A stretch of 64,000 bases of DNA from an uncultured Candidatus Binatia bacterium (GCA_965243855.1 CBDEWE010000003.1:1474610-1538609), one strand, 5' to 3'; positions 8,797 to 19,910 are shown, counted from the first letter of the stretch. Program-made: numbers and translations. Notes: a model not told the origin generated them from the sequence alone.

Positions 8797-10098
8797 ATGA
8801 ACTGGATTTGGTTCGGCCTTATTGTCGGTTCTGTTGTGACCGCCGCTTTTACCGGCAAGATGGCTGAGGTTACGGCTGCCTCAATAGACTCGGCAAAGTC
8901 CGCGGTGACACTGGCCATCGGTCTGGTCGGGGTGATGGCCTTTTGGTTGGGTATGCTGCGCATTGTGCAAGTTGGCGGTTTTCTGCACACCCTGGCGCGC
9001 TGGCTGCGTCCCCTCATGGTGCGATTGTTTCCTGACGTTCCGGCTGATCACCCGGCTCTGAGCGCCATGATTATGAATATCGCATCCAATATGCTGGGTC
9101 TGGGCAACGCGGCTACTCCCTTCGGTATCAAGGCTATGCAGGAGCTTGATAGCCTCAATCCTCATAAAGGCACGGCGACCAACGCTATGGCCTTATTCCT
9201 GGCTATCAATACCTCGAATGTTGCCTTGGCTCCCCTTGGTGTGATTGCGCTAAGGGCGTCGATAGGGTCAGAAAACGCGGCGGGTATTTGGCTGCCCACG
9301 CTGCTGGCCACCTCATTCTCGACCTGCGTTGGTATTCTCGCGGCCAAGCTCTTGCAGGGACTCCCCGTATTCAGCGCGGGCGACCGAGCCGCTGAGCAGG
9401 AAGAAAATACCTCTGAGATCGACTTGCCGGAAGAGGAAACACTGGGTGCTGAGCAGCCGACTTCCCGACCGGGCTGTCTGCTGGCCCTCTTGTCTGTTGG
9501 AGCGATTGGGGTCGCCTTTCTCTTGTTCCTGCAATCCGGCTTGAGCGACGGTCAGCCGATTGGTCCGCTGCTACGTAACGCCGTATCGGGCTGGCTTTTG
9601 CCAGTGCTGATCGTGGTGATGCTCGGCTACGGCATTGCCAAAAGAGTGGCTATGTACGATGCCATGATCGAAGGAGCAAAAGAGGGCTTCCAGGTGGCTA
9701 TTAGGATTATTCCGTTTCTTGTCGCCATTCTTGTTGCCGCTGGCATGTTTCGGGCTTCGGGTTTATTAGATGTGATGATCGCTGGCGTGCAGCCTGTTCT
9801 GGGCCTTATCGGATTTCCCGCCGAGGCATTGCCGATGGCCATCCTGCGGCCCTTATCCGGCTCTGGCGCCTACGCTATTATGGCCGAGATCCTGCAAGCC
9901 GAAGGGCCGGACAGTCTGGTTGGCTATCTCGTTTCCACACTCCAGGGCAGCACAGAAACGACTTTCTACGTTTTGGCCGTGTATTTTGGTGCGGTTGGCG
10001 TGGTCCGCATTCGACACGCCTTGGTCGCCGGATTGACCGCAGATATCGCTGGGGTTATCGGAGCAGTTATCGCCGTCCAGTGGCTATTAATAGGATGA
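8797..10098 (+). CDS. nucleoside-recognition (Gate) domain membrane protein, SpmA/SpmB-like fusion
   Basis: 433 aa polytopic membrane protein with two Gate-type halves. The Gly-rich motifs resemble spore-maturation A/B and FeoB-gate family proteins. Confidence 0.55.
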   Translation: MNWIWFGLIVGSVVTAAFTGKMAEVTAASIDSAKSAVTLAIGLVGVMAFWLGMLRIVQVGGFLHTLARWLRPLMVRLFPDVPADHPALSAMIMNIASNMLGLGNAATPFGIKAMQELDSLNPHKGTATNAMALFLAINTSNVALAPLGVIALRASIGSENAAGIWLPTLLATSFSTCVGILAAKLLQGLPVFSAGDRAAEQEENTSEIDLPEEETLGAEQPTSRPGCLLALLSVGAIGVAFLLFLQSGLSDGQPIGPLLRNAVSGWLLPVLIVVMLGYGIAKRVAMYDAMIEGAKEGFQVAIRIIPFLVAILVAAGMFRASGLLDVMIAGVQPVLGLIGFPAEALPMAILRPLSGSGAYAIMAEILQAEGPDSLVGYLVSTLQGSTETTFYVLAVYFGAVGVVRIRHALVAGLTADIAGVIGAVIAVQWLLIG

Positions 10099-10142
10099 CA
10101 GCCACTGGACGATATTCGTATCACGATTTTTTCAGACAGAGA

Positions 10143-11627
10143 TTACTCAGGAGATGGGGCCGTTTGGGCGCCAGTGCGTAATTCTTCCACATCGTCCGGG
10201 TCGGGCATGACAACAAACTCCGGATAGGCTTCGATGCCGAGCTCCATGGCATCCTGGCCGACCTCTTCGACGCTGCGCGAAACTCGGACCCCAAGGGTCT
10301 TTTCCAGTGCCAGCCAGACTCCCCACGAAGTCACGAAGACGAACACGCCCACGGCCACCACTCCGAGGATCTGTACGCCGATATTGCCGCCCGCCGCGAT
10401 GCAGACTGCCAGCGTTCCCCAAGCACCGGCGAACATATGGGCTGGAATCGCACCGACTACATCGTCCAGCTTCATATTCTCCAGCAGCCTCATGCCGCCC
10501 AGACATACCACCCCGCCAATCGCTCCGATGATGACCGCCCAATACGTCTCCACAATATCCGGTCCTGCGGTAATAGAGACGAGGCCGGCAATCGCCCCGT
10601 TGAGAACGGCAAGCAGGTCGATTCGCCCGAGTAAGGGGCGTGAGACGCATAAGGCAGCCACAACCCCCGCGGCCGCCGCAAGGTTCGTGTTGGCAAGTAC
10701 ATTACTCATGGCCACAGCGTCAGTCACGCCACCCAGGGCGAGTTGTGAGCCACCGTTAAAGCCAAGCCAGCCAAACCACAGAATGAGCACGCCTAATGTC
10801 ACGAACGGGACGTTCGAGGGAGGGGTGGGTTTGACGCTGCCGTCAGGTCGGAATTTACCCATTCGTGGACCCACGACTATGGCACCGGCCAGCGCCGCCC
10901 AGCCGCCGGTCGAATGGACGATAGTGGAGCCGGCAAAGTCCTGAAACCCCATTTCATTCAGCCAGCCTCCACCCCAAGTCCAGGCTCCAATAATGGGATA
11001 GATGATTGCCGTCAAAACGGTTGTGAAGGCAAGAAACGACCACAGCCTGACCCGTTCGGCCAGGGTGCCGGATACAATCGAGGCAGCCGTCGCGACAAAG
11101 ACCATCTGGAAGAACCAGTCCGACATGACGGCGTAGCCGTTGGCGATGACAGCGGCCAGAGCCTCTGTCTGGTCGGACAACAGGGCCAGTTCATCGGCCG
11201 AAGGGCCGTACAGAAGGGTCACCGAGCCGACCCAGGACCCGACATCGACGTACATCAGATTGTAGCCGATGAAGTAGTAGGCCAGTCCTGCAACCGAGTA
11301 CAGCCCGATATTCTTGAGACAGATCACAGAAGCATTCTTCGTGCGCACCGAGCCCGACTCCAGCATGGTAAAGCCCGCACACATCCACATCACCAGCGCT
11401 CCCCAGATGAGAAACGAGAAGGTGTTCAGAACAAACTGTGACTCTTCATCCACGGCCGCCTGTGCAGCATCAGCCTGTAACAGGATGCTGAAAGCCACTA
11501 GCAACGCTCCTGTTCTCACGACACTCCGACCGGCGCTCCCTCGTCCATCTCTGCCTCTGTTCATGCTCGCCTCCAATCCTGTTTCGACTAACTGGCTGCC
11601 ACAAGAACTACGAACAAGCGGGTGCAT
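10143..11627 (-). CDS. amt: ammonium transporter (Amt family)
   Basis: 11 TM helices with Amt signature regions (DFAGSTIVHSTGGWAALAGAIVVGPRMGKF; the twin-His region VLNGAIAGLVSITAG). Signal-peptide-like N-terminus. The true start may be the internal Met at ~11561. Confidence 0.9.
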   Translation of the reverse strand: MHPLVRSSCGSQLVETGLEASMNRGRDGRGSAGRSVVRTGALLVAFSILLQADAAQAAVDEESQFVLNTFSFLIWGALVMWMCAGFTMLESGSVRTKNASVICLKNIGLYSVAGLAYYFIGYNLMYVDVGSWVGSVTLLYGPSADELALLSDQTEALAAVIANGYAVMSDWFFQMVFVATAASIVSGTLAERVRLWSFLAFTTVLTAIIYPIIGAWTWGGGWLNEMGFQDFAGSTIVHSTGGWAALAGAIVVGPRMGKFRPDGSVKPTPPSNVPFVTLGVLILWFGWLGFNGGSQLALGGVTDAVAMSNVLANTNLAAAAGVVAALCVSRPLLGRIDLLAVLNGAIAGLVSITAGPDIVETYWAVIIGAIGGVVCLGGMRLLENMKLDDVVGAIPAHMFAGAWGTLAVCIAAGGNIGVQILGVVAVGVFVFVTSWGVWLALEKTLGVRVSRSVEEVGQDAMELGIEAYPEFVVMPDPDDVEELRTGAQTAPSPE

Positions 11628-11678
11628 GCAGTCTCAGGCAAGGCCAGACTCATGCATTTATTCTAGGGAGGGAAGTCC

Positions 11679-11990
11679 TCAGACCGACAAGGTTTCGGAC
11701 TTCTCTACCGTATATTTCTTTGCATCCAGGGCTCCCGCCAGCAGGCTAGGGGCTTCTTTGAGAAAATTTTGCAGATGCTCGGTCTGAAAGTGGGCGGCAA
11801 GCGCCTCTTCCGACTCCCATTCCTCGAAGAGGAAGAAGGTATGTTCGGTGGTTGCCGCAGTGTGGAATTGATAACTGATGCAGCCCGGCTCTTTGAGCGT
11901 CTCCTCCACCATGTTCGCAGCAAGTGCCTTGGCGTCATTCCAGCGTTCGGCCTTGACCGGGATTGTCCCCGCAATAACGATCATGCGCAT
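11679..11990 (-). CDS. ABM (antibiotic-biosynthesis-monooxygenase-like) domain protein
   Basis: 103 aa with a ferredoxin-like ABM pattern (ISYQFH...FFLFEEWESEEALAAHFQTEH). Confidence 0.65.
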   Translation of the reverse strand: MRMIVIAGTIPVKAERWNDAKALAANMVEETLKEPGCISYQFHTAATTEHTFFLFEEWESEEALAAHFQTEHLQNFLKEAPSLLAGALDAKKYTVEKSETLSV

Positions 11991-12180
11991 CCTCCTTATC
12001 CGTTGAAAGATCGGTCGGCTAAGATCACGGTAGACTTGAACTCAGGAGAGAAGAAGAAAGCGGGAAATAATACAAGGGGATGTAACCGGAGTCAGACTTT
12101 ATGCATAGAACTACCGGTAACGTCTGTCAAACAAATAATTTTTTGAAACCGTCTGAGGAATGAATTACAAAAATAAATAT

Positions 12181-12194
12181 TAGACTATAGTCAG
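12181..12194. promoter_or_regulatory. TAGACTATAGTCAG palindrome upstream of the enoyl-CoA hydratase gene
   Basis: Same GACTATAGTC core, about 145 bp upstream of the 12329 start codon, in an AT-rich promoter region. Confidence 0.4.
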
Positions 12195-12328
12195 AAACGA
12201 ACATTCCAGAATTTTGGGGTTATCCATTCAGTTAAAAATGGACACTTTCCGACATGCCTGCTTTGTGAACTTCACGAGAAAAGCAGGGAAAGATGCAGTG
12301 AGGGTCATATCACCAGAAGGAGGGCGCG

Positions 12329-13198
12329 ATGTCGGATTTTGAATCTATTATGTATGAGACCCCTGTGGAGCATATAGCTCGCATTGTATTGAACCGGCCA
12401 GAAACTCGAAACGCACAGGATACCAAGCTGCTGTATGAATTGAATGCGGCCTTTGACCGTGCGGCACAAGATGATGCCATCAAGGTCATTATCCTGGCTG
12501 CAAACGGACCTCATTTTTCGTCCGGCCATGATCTGCGAGAGCCTAAAGTGTACGAGAAAATGTCTGAATTCGAGACGGTGGGAACCTGGTGCGGGTTTAC
12601 CTGTGCGGGTGCCGAGAGGCAGATGGCGCGCGAGAAAGAAATCTACGTTGGCTTTTGTGAACGCTGGCGTAATATTCCCAAGCCAACGCTGGCCGCAGTA
12701 CAAGGCAAGGTTATTGCCGGAGGACTGATGCTGATCTGGCCCTGCGATATCATTATCGCCAGCGGCGATGCGCAATTCTGCGACCCGGTGGTGAACTTTG
12801 GTATTGGCGAGGTAGAGTTTTTCGCTCACCCCTGGGAAGTCGGCGCGCGGAAGGCCAAAGAGATGCTCTTCACCTCAGACTGGATATCGGTCGAAGAGGC
12901 GAAGCAACTCGGCATGGTAAATCAAATCGTCCCTCGGGAGAAACTCGACGAAACCGTATTAGCCATGGCCCAAAAGATTGCAAAAAAATCCCTGTTTGCC
13001 CTGAAGCTGACCAAAGAGGCGGTCAACGTGGCGGAAGATGCGCAGGGTCGAGTCCAATCCATGCAAACGTCTTTTGCCTTGCATCAACTTGCCCACACCC
13101 ACTGGCTGGAGCAGTATGGCGTACTCTTGGACCCAACCGGCTTACCGCCTGAAACGGCCAAAGCCATCGGCGCAAAACTCAAGCAGAAAGAGACCTGA
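12329..13198 (+). CDS. enoyl-CoA hydratase/isomerase (crotonase) family protein
   Basis: 289 aa with crotonase-fold oxyanion-hole motifs (VIILAANGPHFSSGHDL; AAVQGKVIAGGLMLIWPCDIIIAS). Confidence 0.8.
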   Translation: MSDFESIMYETPVEHIARIVLNRPETRNAQDTKLLYELNAAFDRAAQDDAIKVIILAANGPHFSSGHDLREPKVYEKMSEFETVGTWCGFTCAGAERQMAREKEIYVGFCERWRNIPKPTLAAVQGKVIAGGLMLIWPCDIIIASGDAQFCDPVVNFGIGEVEFFAHPWEVGARKAKEMLFTSDWISVEEAKQLGMVNQIVPREKLDETVLAMAQKIAKKSLFALKLTKEAVNVAEDAQGRVQSMQTSFALHQLAHTHWLEQYGVLLDPTGLPPETAKAIGAKLKQKET

Positions 13199-13205
13199 GG
13201 ACGAG

Positions 13206-13260
13206 CAAAGAGGAAACGTGTCCAGCATCTCAACGCTATTGGAGGACTCGTTTCCTCTTC
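13206..13260. repeat. family-A palindromic element, copy 4
   Basis: AGAGGAAACGTGTCCAGCATCTCAACGCTATTGGAGGACTCGTTTCCTCT. Lies between the convergent enoyl-CoA hydratase and LLM genes. Confidence 0.9.
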
Positions 13261-13263
13261 GAG

Positions 13264-14289
13264 TCAGGGGACTGTTTTCCAGCCTCCCTGGGGCTGGATG
13301 TTTTTGGCTTCAGGGATCACGCTGGTGCTAAACTGCTGCATCTGGTCTTCAAGCTCGGACAGTTGTCCGGACGGGCAGTCAAAGAAACATACCATCAGTC
13401 CATAGCCTTCTTTGGCAAAACCGTGGAGGTCTTCGAGGATTTGTTCTGCCGTGCCCGTACAGATGCGGCGTGGTTGCTCCTGACTGAGAGGATCGGACGG
13501 TGAGGTGAGGCGGGCCGAACTCACGCCCATCATGATAAACTCATCGTGCGGACGACCGATTGCATCCAGCTCTTTTCGGATCAACGCTTGTTCTTTGGTG
13601 TAACGGTCCGGCCGTGCAAAGGGGTCGAGGAAAATCGGATAAAAGCCGTCGCATAAGCGTGCTGCCCGTCGGGCGCCGCCAGGGGTGACGCCGCCATAGA
13701 TAATCGGGGGTGGCTGTTGCAGCGGCTTGGGGTCCATGGACAGCGAGGCAAACTGATAAAAACGGCCTTGGTAGCTGACGACATCGTCCGTCCACGAGCG
13801 CTTGTAGACCTCTATACATTCGTCGGTCCGCGGGCCACGCTCGGCATAGGGAATACCGATTGCGCCGAACTCCTCCTGCATCCAGCCGGCCCCGACTCCG
13901 AACAGCAGCCGCCCTTTTGAGAGCTGATCGATGGTCGCAAACTGGCGGGCGTCGCTGAGCGGATTGCGATAAGGAGAAATGAGGACACTCGTGCCGAGCT
14001 TGAGGCTGGTCGTCGTATGGGCAACGGCGCCCATCACCACGGCGGCATCGAACATGGTATGGCGCGGCTCGTAGGCTCGGCTGCCTGAGGCGTTAGCGAC
14101 ATGCTCGCTTTCCGAGGCCATAGGCATACACACATGGTCCGGAAACCACATGGAGTGAAAGCCAAGGTGTTCAGCGAGCTGGGCGGTTTCTATTGGCTGG
14201 AGCTGATCCGCAGGAAGGGAACGGGCCAGTACGTTCTGGTCATCCCGATAGGCCAGACCGTGCGTAGTCGCATATATACCAATTTCCAT
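13264..14289 (-). CDS. LLM-class F420/flavin-dependent oxidoreductase
   Basis: Luciferase-like motifs (MEIGIYATTHG start, LKLGTSVLISPYRNP, GRLLFGVGAGW). Start chosen at the internal Met; the ORF is open to 14325. Confidence 0.7.
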   Translation of the reverse strand: MEIGIYATTHGLAYRDDQNVLARSLPADQLQPIETAQLAEHLGFHSMWFPDHVCMPMASESEHVANASGSRAYEPRHTMFDAAVVMGAVAHTTTSLKLGTSVLISPYRNPLSDARQFATIDQLSKGRLLFGVGAGWMQEEFGAIGIPYAERGPRTDECIEVYKRSWTDDVVSYQGRFYQFASLSMDPKPLQQPPPIIYGGVTPGGARRAARLCDGFYPIFLDPFARPDRYTKEQALIRKELDAIGRPHDEFIMMGVSSARLTSPSDPLSQEQPRRICTGTAEQILEDLHGFAKEGYGLMVCFFDCPSGQLSELEDQMQQFSTSVIPEAKNIQPQGGWKTVP

Positions 14290-14492
14290 ATGTCTCCCCG
14301 TGTGCAATAGCTTCATGCTGCGCAATATTCAATTTGGATATCCATACTGCCTCCTGCCTGCGATCTTTACCACACTCGGGAATCGGGCTCAACGAAACGA
14401 GCGGTGCGAAACAGGCTGACTTTGCTTTCTTGACCCGTGTGGTCTATGCTCCGGCCAAAGAAGCGTACATTCCCTGTGTTGAGGAGAGGATT

Positions 14493-15800
14493 ATGAATTG
14501 GCGTGATCAATGTGGTGACAAACTGGTCTCTGCTCAAGAGGCGGTCGGGTGCGTGCGGAACGGCGACTCCGTACAGTTCAACTGGCTGCACGCAACTCCG
14601 CTCTCGCTGTGCGAGGCTCTTCTTGGGCGCAAAGAAGAGCTGCGCGAGGTAAAAATTGGAACCATCGGTCCGCTCTTCGATTGGGACCAACTTGGTGCAG
14701 ACCAAGCCTTCACCATTCAGACTCCTTATCTGGGTACGACCACCCGTCCGCTCATGGGAAGAAAGAATATGGACTTCATTCCGGTGATGTATTACCGCCG
14801 GGGTGAACTCCCTCCAGGCATAGTCTGCGACGTGTATATGACTCCGGTTTCCGCGCCCGACAAGCACGGCTATTGCAGTTTTGGACATAGCTTATTCATG
14901 TCCAAAACGATGGCTGCCGCGGCTCGGACAGTCGTAGCCGAGGTCCAGGAAGACTTTATCCGAACCGGCGGAGAGAATTATATTCATGTGTCTGAGATCG
15001 ATTATTTTGTAGAGTCCACGCGGCCTGCGGCCGAACTCCCGGCCACTCAACGTAGCGAAGAAGAAACTGCTATGACCGAGGTCATCTGCACCCTGGTTGC
15101 CAACGAACTCATTCACGACGGTGATACTATCCAAATCGGTTTGGGCAGCGTTTCCTCCCCGCTCGGTATGTATTTAGGCAATAAGAATGACCTGGGTATT
15201 CACACCGAGGTCATTCCCGGCGGCATTGCCCGCCTGGTGAAGGAAGGCGTTATTACCGGGAAATACAAGACGGTGAACCCCGGTAAGGTCGTTGCCAGTG
15301 CCGGGATTGGGGTGTTCCCGGATGAGCTGTCGATTATCGACGGAAACCCGAAGTTTGAGTTTTACGACTTCACCTACACGGATGATTTACGGCTGTTGGT
15401 CAATCAAGAGCACTATGTTGCCGTCAATAACGCCCTCGCCGTAGACCTGGGCGGGCAGGCTTGCTCCGAGTCGTTCGGTCCGTTTATGTATACCGGAACG
15501 GGTGGCCAGACCATTTTTACTATCACCGCGGCCTACTGTAACCCCGGTCGGTCGGTGATTGTCACGCCGTCGAGCGCCGAGGTCAACGGCCGCCGGGTCT
15601 CGCGGATTGTGCCTATGCTTGAGCCTGGCAGTGTGGTGACCGCGCAGCGGACCTTTGTTGACTATGTGGTGACCGAATTCGGGATCGCCGAACTCAAGGG
15701 CAAGTCCCTCAAGCAGCGTGCGGCTGCGCTCCTGGAGGTTGCCCATCCCGATTTCCAGCCGGACCTCAGACGTGAAGCCGAGCGCATTTATCACATATAG
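14493..15800 (+). CDS. acetyl-CoA hydrolase/transferase family protein (4-hydroxybutyrate CoA-transferase-like)
   Basis: About 435 aa. Two-domain CoA-transferase pattern with C-terminal motifs ([10 protein letters not shown]; [10 protein letters not shown]; [18 protein letters not shown]). Confidence 0.7.
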   Translation: MNWRDQCGDKLVSAQEAVGCVRNGDSVQFNWLHATPLSLCEALLGRKEELREVKIGTIGPLFDWDQLGADQAFTIQTPYLGTTTRPLMGRKNMDFIPVMYYRRGELPPGIVCDVYMTPVSAPDKHGYCSFGHSLFMSKTMAAAARTVVAEVQEDFIRTGGENYIHVSEIDYFVESTRPAAELPATQRSEEETAMTEVICTLVANELIHDGDTIQIGLGSVSSPLGMYLGNKNDLGIHTEVIPGGIARLVKEGVITGKYKTVNPGKVVASAGIGVFPDELSIIDGNPKFEFYDFTYTDDLRLLVNQEHYVAVNNALAVDLGGQACSESFGPFMYTGTGGQTIFTITAAYCNPGRSVIVTPSSAEVNGRRVSRIVPMLEPGSVVTAQRTFVDYVVTEFGIAELKGKSLKQRAAALLEVAHPDFQPDLRREAERIYHI

Positions 15801-15823
15801 AGAGTTCTCATCAGCAGGTCGGC

Positions 15824-17893
15824 ATGTCGGAAAAATTCACTAACCGTTTGGCGACGGAGACGAGCCCCTATTTACTCCAACATGCCCACAACCCGGTGGA
15901 CTGGTACCCGTGGGGCGCAGAGGCTTTTGCCAAAGCCCAGGCTGAAGACAAACCGATTCTGCTGAGCGTTGGCTATTCGGCGTGCCACTGGTGCCACGTT
16001 ATGGCGCACGAGTCCTTTGAGAACGAACACATTGCCGCGCTAATGAATAAGCTGTTCGTCAATGTCAAGGTTGACCGGGAAGAACGGCCGGATGTTGATG
16101 AAATCTATATGAATGCGGTGCAGATGCTGATCGGTCGCGGCGGCTGGCCGATGACGGTGTTTCTCACTCCAGATGGCAAGCCGTTCTATGGCGGAACCTA
16201 TTTCCCACCTGAGGACCGCCATAACATCCCCGCGTTCCCACGAGTCCTGGCAGGCATCGCCCAAGCCTATCGGGAAAAACCCGCGGATGTCACCAAATCG
16301 ACCGCCGAGATTTTGGACCGGCTTGAACAACTTGCCCGGCGTGAGCCAACGACGCGGCCGCTTGATGTGTCGGTGTTGGAGAAAGCGGTTGAAGGGTTGG
16401 CCCAACACTATGATGAGACCCACGGCGGAATAGGGCAAGCTCCCAAATTCCCGAATACTTCCGTTTTTTCGCTGTTTTTGCGCTATGCCCACGCAACCGG
16501 CAATCAGCGCTATCTGGACATGACCACGCATACGCTCCGCAAAATGGCTCAAGGTGGCATGTACGACCATCTCGGGGGAGGCTTTCACCGTTATTCGGTC
16601 GATGAGCGTTGGCTGGTGCCCCATTTTGAGAAGATGCTGTACGACAACGCGCTTCTGGCCCGGCTCTACCTTGAAGGCTACCAGGCCAGCGGAGACTCCT
16701 TCTTTCGGCAGGTTGTGGAGGACATTCTCGCCTATGTCGAGCGGGAGATGGTCGGCCAGGAGGGAGGATTTTATTCAACCCAGGACGCCGACTCGGAAGG
16801 TGCGGAAGGTAAGTTCTTTGTCTGGGGCCAAGATGAAGTGATGCAAATCTTGGGCGACGAGGCGGGGGAGATATTCTGTCGTTATTATGACGTCACGGAT
16901 GTCGGAAATTTCGAGCAGAAGAACATCCTGCATCCCACGCTGGAACTGGACCAATTGGCGCGGCTCTTCCGACGTGAGGTGGACGAGGTAAAGCAGTTGA
17001 TCGGCCAGGCCAAAGACTCCCTCTTCGCGATCCGTGAACAGCGAGTGAAACCGGGCCGGGATGAGAAAATTCTGACCAGCTGGAACGGCCTCATGATTTC
17101 GGCATTTGCCGAGGCGTATAAGGTGTTGGGTAATCCCGACTATCTTGAAGTCGCACGGCGCGGTATCCGCTTTATTCAAACTGCGTTGTCTCGTGAGGGC
17201 CGCTTGCTGCGTAGTTATAAGGACGGGCAAGCTAAATTCAACGCCTATCTCGACGACTACGCCTGTTTCAGCGCGGCCTTACTCGACGTGTATGAAGCGA
17301 CCTTTGAGCCAGAATATCTGGACGAGGCAGTAGCCTTGACCGATGTGCTGCTGGACCGTTTTTGGGACACACAGGAGGGAGGGTTCTTTTTCACCAGCTC
17401 AGACCATGAAGCGCTGATCAGCCGGTCAAAGTCCGCCTTTGATGGGTCTGTTCCGTCGGGGAATTCCGTAGCCGCTTCCGTTCTGCTGCGCCTCTATTAT
17501 GCCACTGAGCGGCAAGACTATCTGACTAAAGCGGAAACGATCTTTCGGCTATTCTACGATGCCCTGGAGCAAAATCCCTTCGGCTTTAGCAATATGCTGT
17601 GCGGGCTGGATTTGTACCTGCGCCGGCCCAAGGAAATCGTGCTCTTGGGAGACCCGGCCGCTCCTGCAACCACGGCGCTGCTGCGCAAGATTCATAGGAA
17701 CTTTATTCCGAATAAGACGCTGTTGTGTTTCGATCCTGCACGGCCACCCCAGCAGGGTGTCCCGAGTTTGCTCGAAGGCAAGACGCGGATCGATGACCAG
17801 CTGACTGCCTATGTCTGTCATAATTTTGCCTGTTCCTTGCCGGTTACAAGTTGGGAAGAGTTGCAAGCATTGGTAACTCCGACACGGCACTGA
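15824..17893 (+). CDS. thioredoxin-domain protein of the DUF255/YyaL family (Trx fold + six-hairpin glycosidase-like domain)
   Basis: N-terminal Trx-like fold with CHWC ([18 protein letters not shown]). The 689-aa length is typical of YyaL/SSP411. Confidence 0.8.
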   Translation: MSEKFTNRLATETSPYLLQHAHNPVDWYPWGAEAFAKAQAEDKPILLSVGYSACHWCHVMAHESFENEHIAALMNKLFVNVKVDREERPDVDEIYMNAVQMLIGRGGWPMTVFLTPDGKPFYGGTYFPPEDRHNIPAFPRVLAGIAQAYREKPADVTKSTAEILDRLEQLARREPTTRPLDVSVLEKAVEGLAQHYDETHGGIGQAPKFPNTSVFSLFLRYAHATGNQRYLDMTTHTLRKMAQGGMYDHLGGGFHRYSVDERWLVPHFEKMLYDNALLARLYLEGYQASGDSFFRQVVEDILAYVEREMVGQEGGFYSTQDADSEGAEGKFFVWGQDEVMQILGDEAGEIFCRYYDVTDVGNFEQKNILHPTLELDQLARLFRREVDEVKQLIGQAKDSLFAIREQRVKPGRDEKILTSWNGLMISAFAEAYKVLGNPDYLEVARRGIRFIQTALSREGRLLRSYKDGQAKFNAYLDDYACFSAALLDVYEATFEPEYLDEAVALTDVLLDRFWDTQEGGFFFTSSDHEALISRSKSAFDGSVPSGNSVAASVLLRLYYATERQDYLTKAETIFRLFYDALEQNPFGFSNMLCGLDLYLRRPKEIVLLGDPAAPATTALLRKIHRNFIPNKTLLCFDPARPPQQGVPSLLEGKTRIDDQLTAYVCHNFACSLPVTSWEELQALVTPTRH

Positions 17894-17938
17894 GGACGGC
17901 ACTATCCGTCCTCAACGGGGTCGAAGGAGGAGAGGATT

Positions 17939-18535
17939 ATGCGATTTATGAGCGGGCTCTTGCAGGTTGTTTTTTTTCTGGCTGTGGTGTTTGCGTCTCT
18001 CCTGGCCGCCGGACTTATTTCCAATGACCTGCCGTGGAGTGACCCCCCAGGGATGGGAACTCGGCTGGTGACCTATCTGTCGACGAATGTTGCGGAAACC
18101 ACGTCAGACTCGGCCTTTCCCGAACTCCGGCCACGTACCTATGCGGCACCGGCTGCTTTGATGTTTGATGTTGCTCGTCGGGCAGCCGAGGCACTCCACT
18201 GGGAGTTAGGTACGGTTGAGCCTGAAGCGTGGAAAATAGAAGCCGTAGCGACGACGAGAGTCATTAAATTCAAGGATGATGTCACCATCTGGGTCGAGGC
18301 TGATGGGGAGGAGCGGAGTACGCTCTTCGCGCGTTCAGCCTCGCGTGTCGGCGTGGTCGATTTAGGGGCAAATACTCGCCACATCATGGACTTGTTTGAA
18401 ACCGTGGATATCATTGCGCCGGTAACGGCCATTGTGGATGAAGAGGAGGCGGCTGAAGAGTCCCAAGCCTCTCCCGAGGCAACACCCATGACAGGTGATA
18501 GCCCGTCTGCAACGGAAGATCAGTCACGGGAATAA
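17939..18535 (+). CDS. DUF1499-like membrane-anchored protein
   Basis: N-terminal TM helix followed by a soluble domain with an acidic tail. Pattern is consistent with DUF1499. Confidence 0.4.
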   Translation: MRFMSGLLQVVFFLAVVFASLLAAGLISNDLPWSDPPGMGTRLVTYLSTNVAETTSDSAFPELRPRTYAAPAALMFDVARRAAEALHWELGTVEPEAWKIEAVATTRVIKFKDDVTIWVEADGEERSTLFARSASRVGVVDLGANTRHIMDLFETVDIIAPVTAIVDEEEAAEESQASPEATPMTGDSPSATEDQSRE

Positions 18536-18545
18536 CACAGGAACG

Positions 18546-18824
18546 ATGCCTCAGCAGCCGCGTGTCGAGATCGTCTATTGTACGCAATGTCGCTGGCTCT
18601 TGCGGGCGAGCTGGATGGCGCAAGAGTTGCTCACCACTTTTCCTGATGAATTGGGGGAAGTGGCGTTGATTCCGGGCGGAAGCGGCATTTTTGAAATACG
18701 GCTGAATAATGAACTGATCTGGTCACGCCATGAACAGGGCAGCTTTCCTGAAATGAAAGTTCTCAAACAATCCATACGAGATACCATTGCCCCGCACAGA
18801 AACCTGGGCCACATTGATCGCTAA
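18546..18824 (+). CDS. SelT/SelW/Rdx family protein (Cys homologue of selenoprotein W)
   Basis: 92 aa with the Rdx motif VEIVYCTQCRW (CxxC where selenoproteins carry CxxU) at the N-terminus. Confidence 0.75.
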   Translation: MPQQPRVEIVYCTQCRWLLRASWMAQELLTTFPDELGEVALIPGGSGIFEIRLNNELIWSRHEQGSFPEMKVLKQSIRDTIAPHRNLGHIDR

Positions 18825-18836
18825 TGGCATCCCACT

Positions 18837-19748
18837 GTGACCTGGGTTGAGATTTCCATTGCCGCCGGCGTCTTCCTGACTCTGCGGAACGCGCTGGCAC
18901 GGACCCTGTCCGGCCGAGTGTCTCCCGTCCTTATCAGTTGGGCACGCTTTGCGTTTAATTTGCCGTTCTCAGGCCCCGCGGTGCTCATGCTGATGGCCGC
19001 GAGTGGCGTACCGCAGTTGTCGTTCGCATTCTATGGGTATTGCTTTTTGACAGGGGTTACCCAGATTCTTGCCAATATCGCCCTGGTCTCCGCCTTTCAG
19101 CATACCAATTTTGCGCAGGCTATTGTCTTGCACAAGCTGGAAGTGCTCTTCACCGCTTTGTGTGGCCTTATGTTTTTTGCAGAATACCCGTCAGCCTTCG
19201 GTTGGGTCGGTATTACCGCTTCCAGCCTGGGTGTGATGCTGATGAATCTCGGCAAAGAGGGGGGGCCTGCTGGCTGGCGTCGAGCCCTACATTTTGACCT
19301 GGGAACCTTACTCGCAGGTGCATGTGCCATCTTTCTTGTGTTCGCGAGTTTTCTGTTGAAGGAGGCTACCATGGAGTTTGCCGCCTTAAACCCTCACTTT
19401 GGAACAAGTCGCTTCGAGGCTGCTGTTCACGCCGTATTTCATACCACCTGGATGGAGGTTGTGATGCTGACGGCCTACCTGTGGTGGCTGAAGCGCGAGG
19501 AATTGCAGGATATTACAACCCACTGGCGTCGGATGGCGCTTATTGGGGCGACGAGCTTCGGCGGTAGCATCTGTGCCTTTTGGTCATACTCGCTGACCCT
19601 GGTGGTGTACGCCAAGGCGGTTGCTCAGATTGAAGCCGTAGTGGCGATTGTGCTGGCGCTCGTTCTGTGGCGTGAAAAAGAAGTCTGGCGTCAGTTCCCC
19701 GGTACTGTCCTCGTCATTATCGGAATAGGGATTATTCTGCTGGGATGA
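18837..19748 (+). CDS. polytopic membrane protein, probable EamA/DMT-type transporter
   Basis: About 10 predicted TM helices arranged as two 5-TM halves. Confidence 0.35.
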   Translation: MTWVEISIAAGVFLTLRNALARTLSGRVSPVLISWARFAFNLPFSGPAVLMLMAASGVPQLSFAFYGYCFLTGVTQILANIALVSAFQHTNFAQAIVLHKLEVLFTALCGLMFFAEYPSAFGWVGITASSLGVMLMNLGKEGGPAGWRRALHFDLGTLLAGACAIFLVFASFLLKEATMEFAALNPHFGTSRFEAAVHAVFHTTWMEVVMLTAYLWWLKREELQDITTHWRRMALIGATSFGGSICAFWSYSLTLVVYAKAVAQIEAVVAIVLALVLWREKEVWRQFPGTVLVIIGIGIILLG

Positions 19749-19910
19749 ATATGTACACCGCTCCAGGATGTACTACTGTGGGTCTTCAACGTTTTCTGGC
19801 TCATACTCTCTCGAATATTTCGTCCGGAATATTTTTCTGGACGGCTGCCACATTGTAGCATACGATTGAATTTGCCAACTCTTTCAAGCAGTCTATGAGG
19901 AGGCTTTGCC

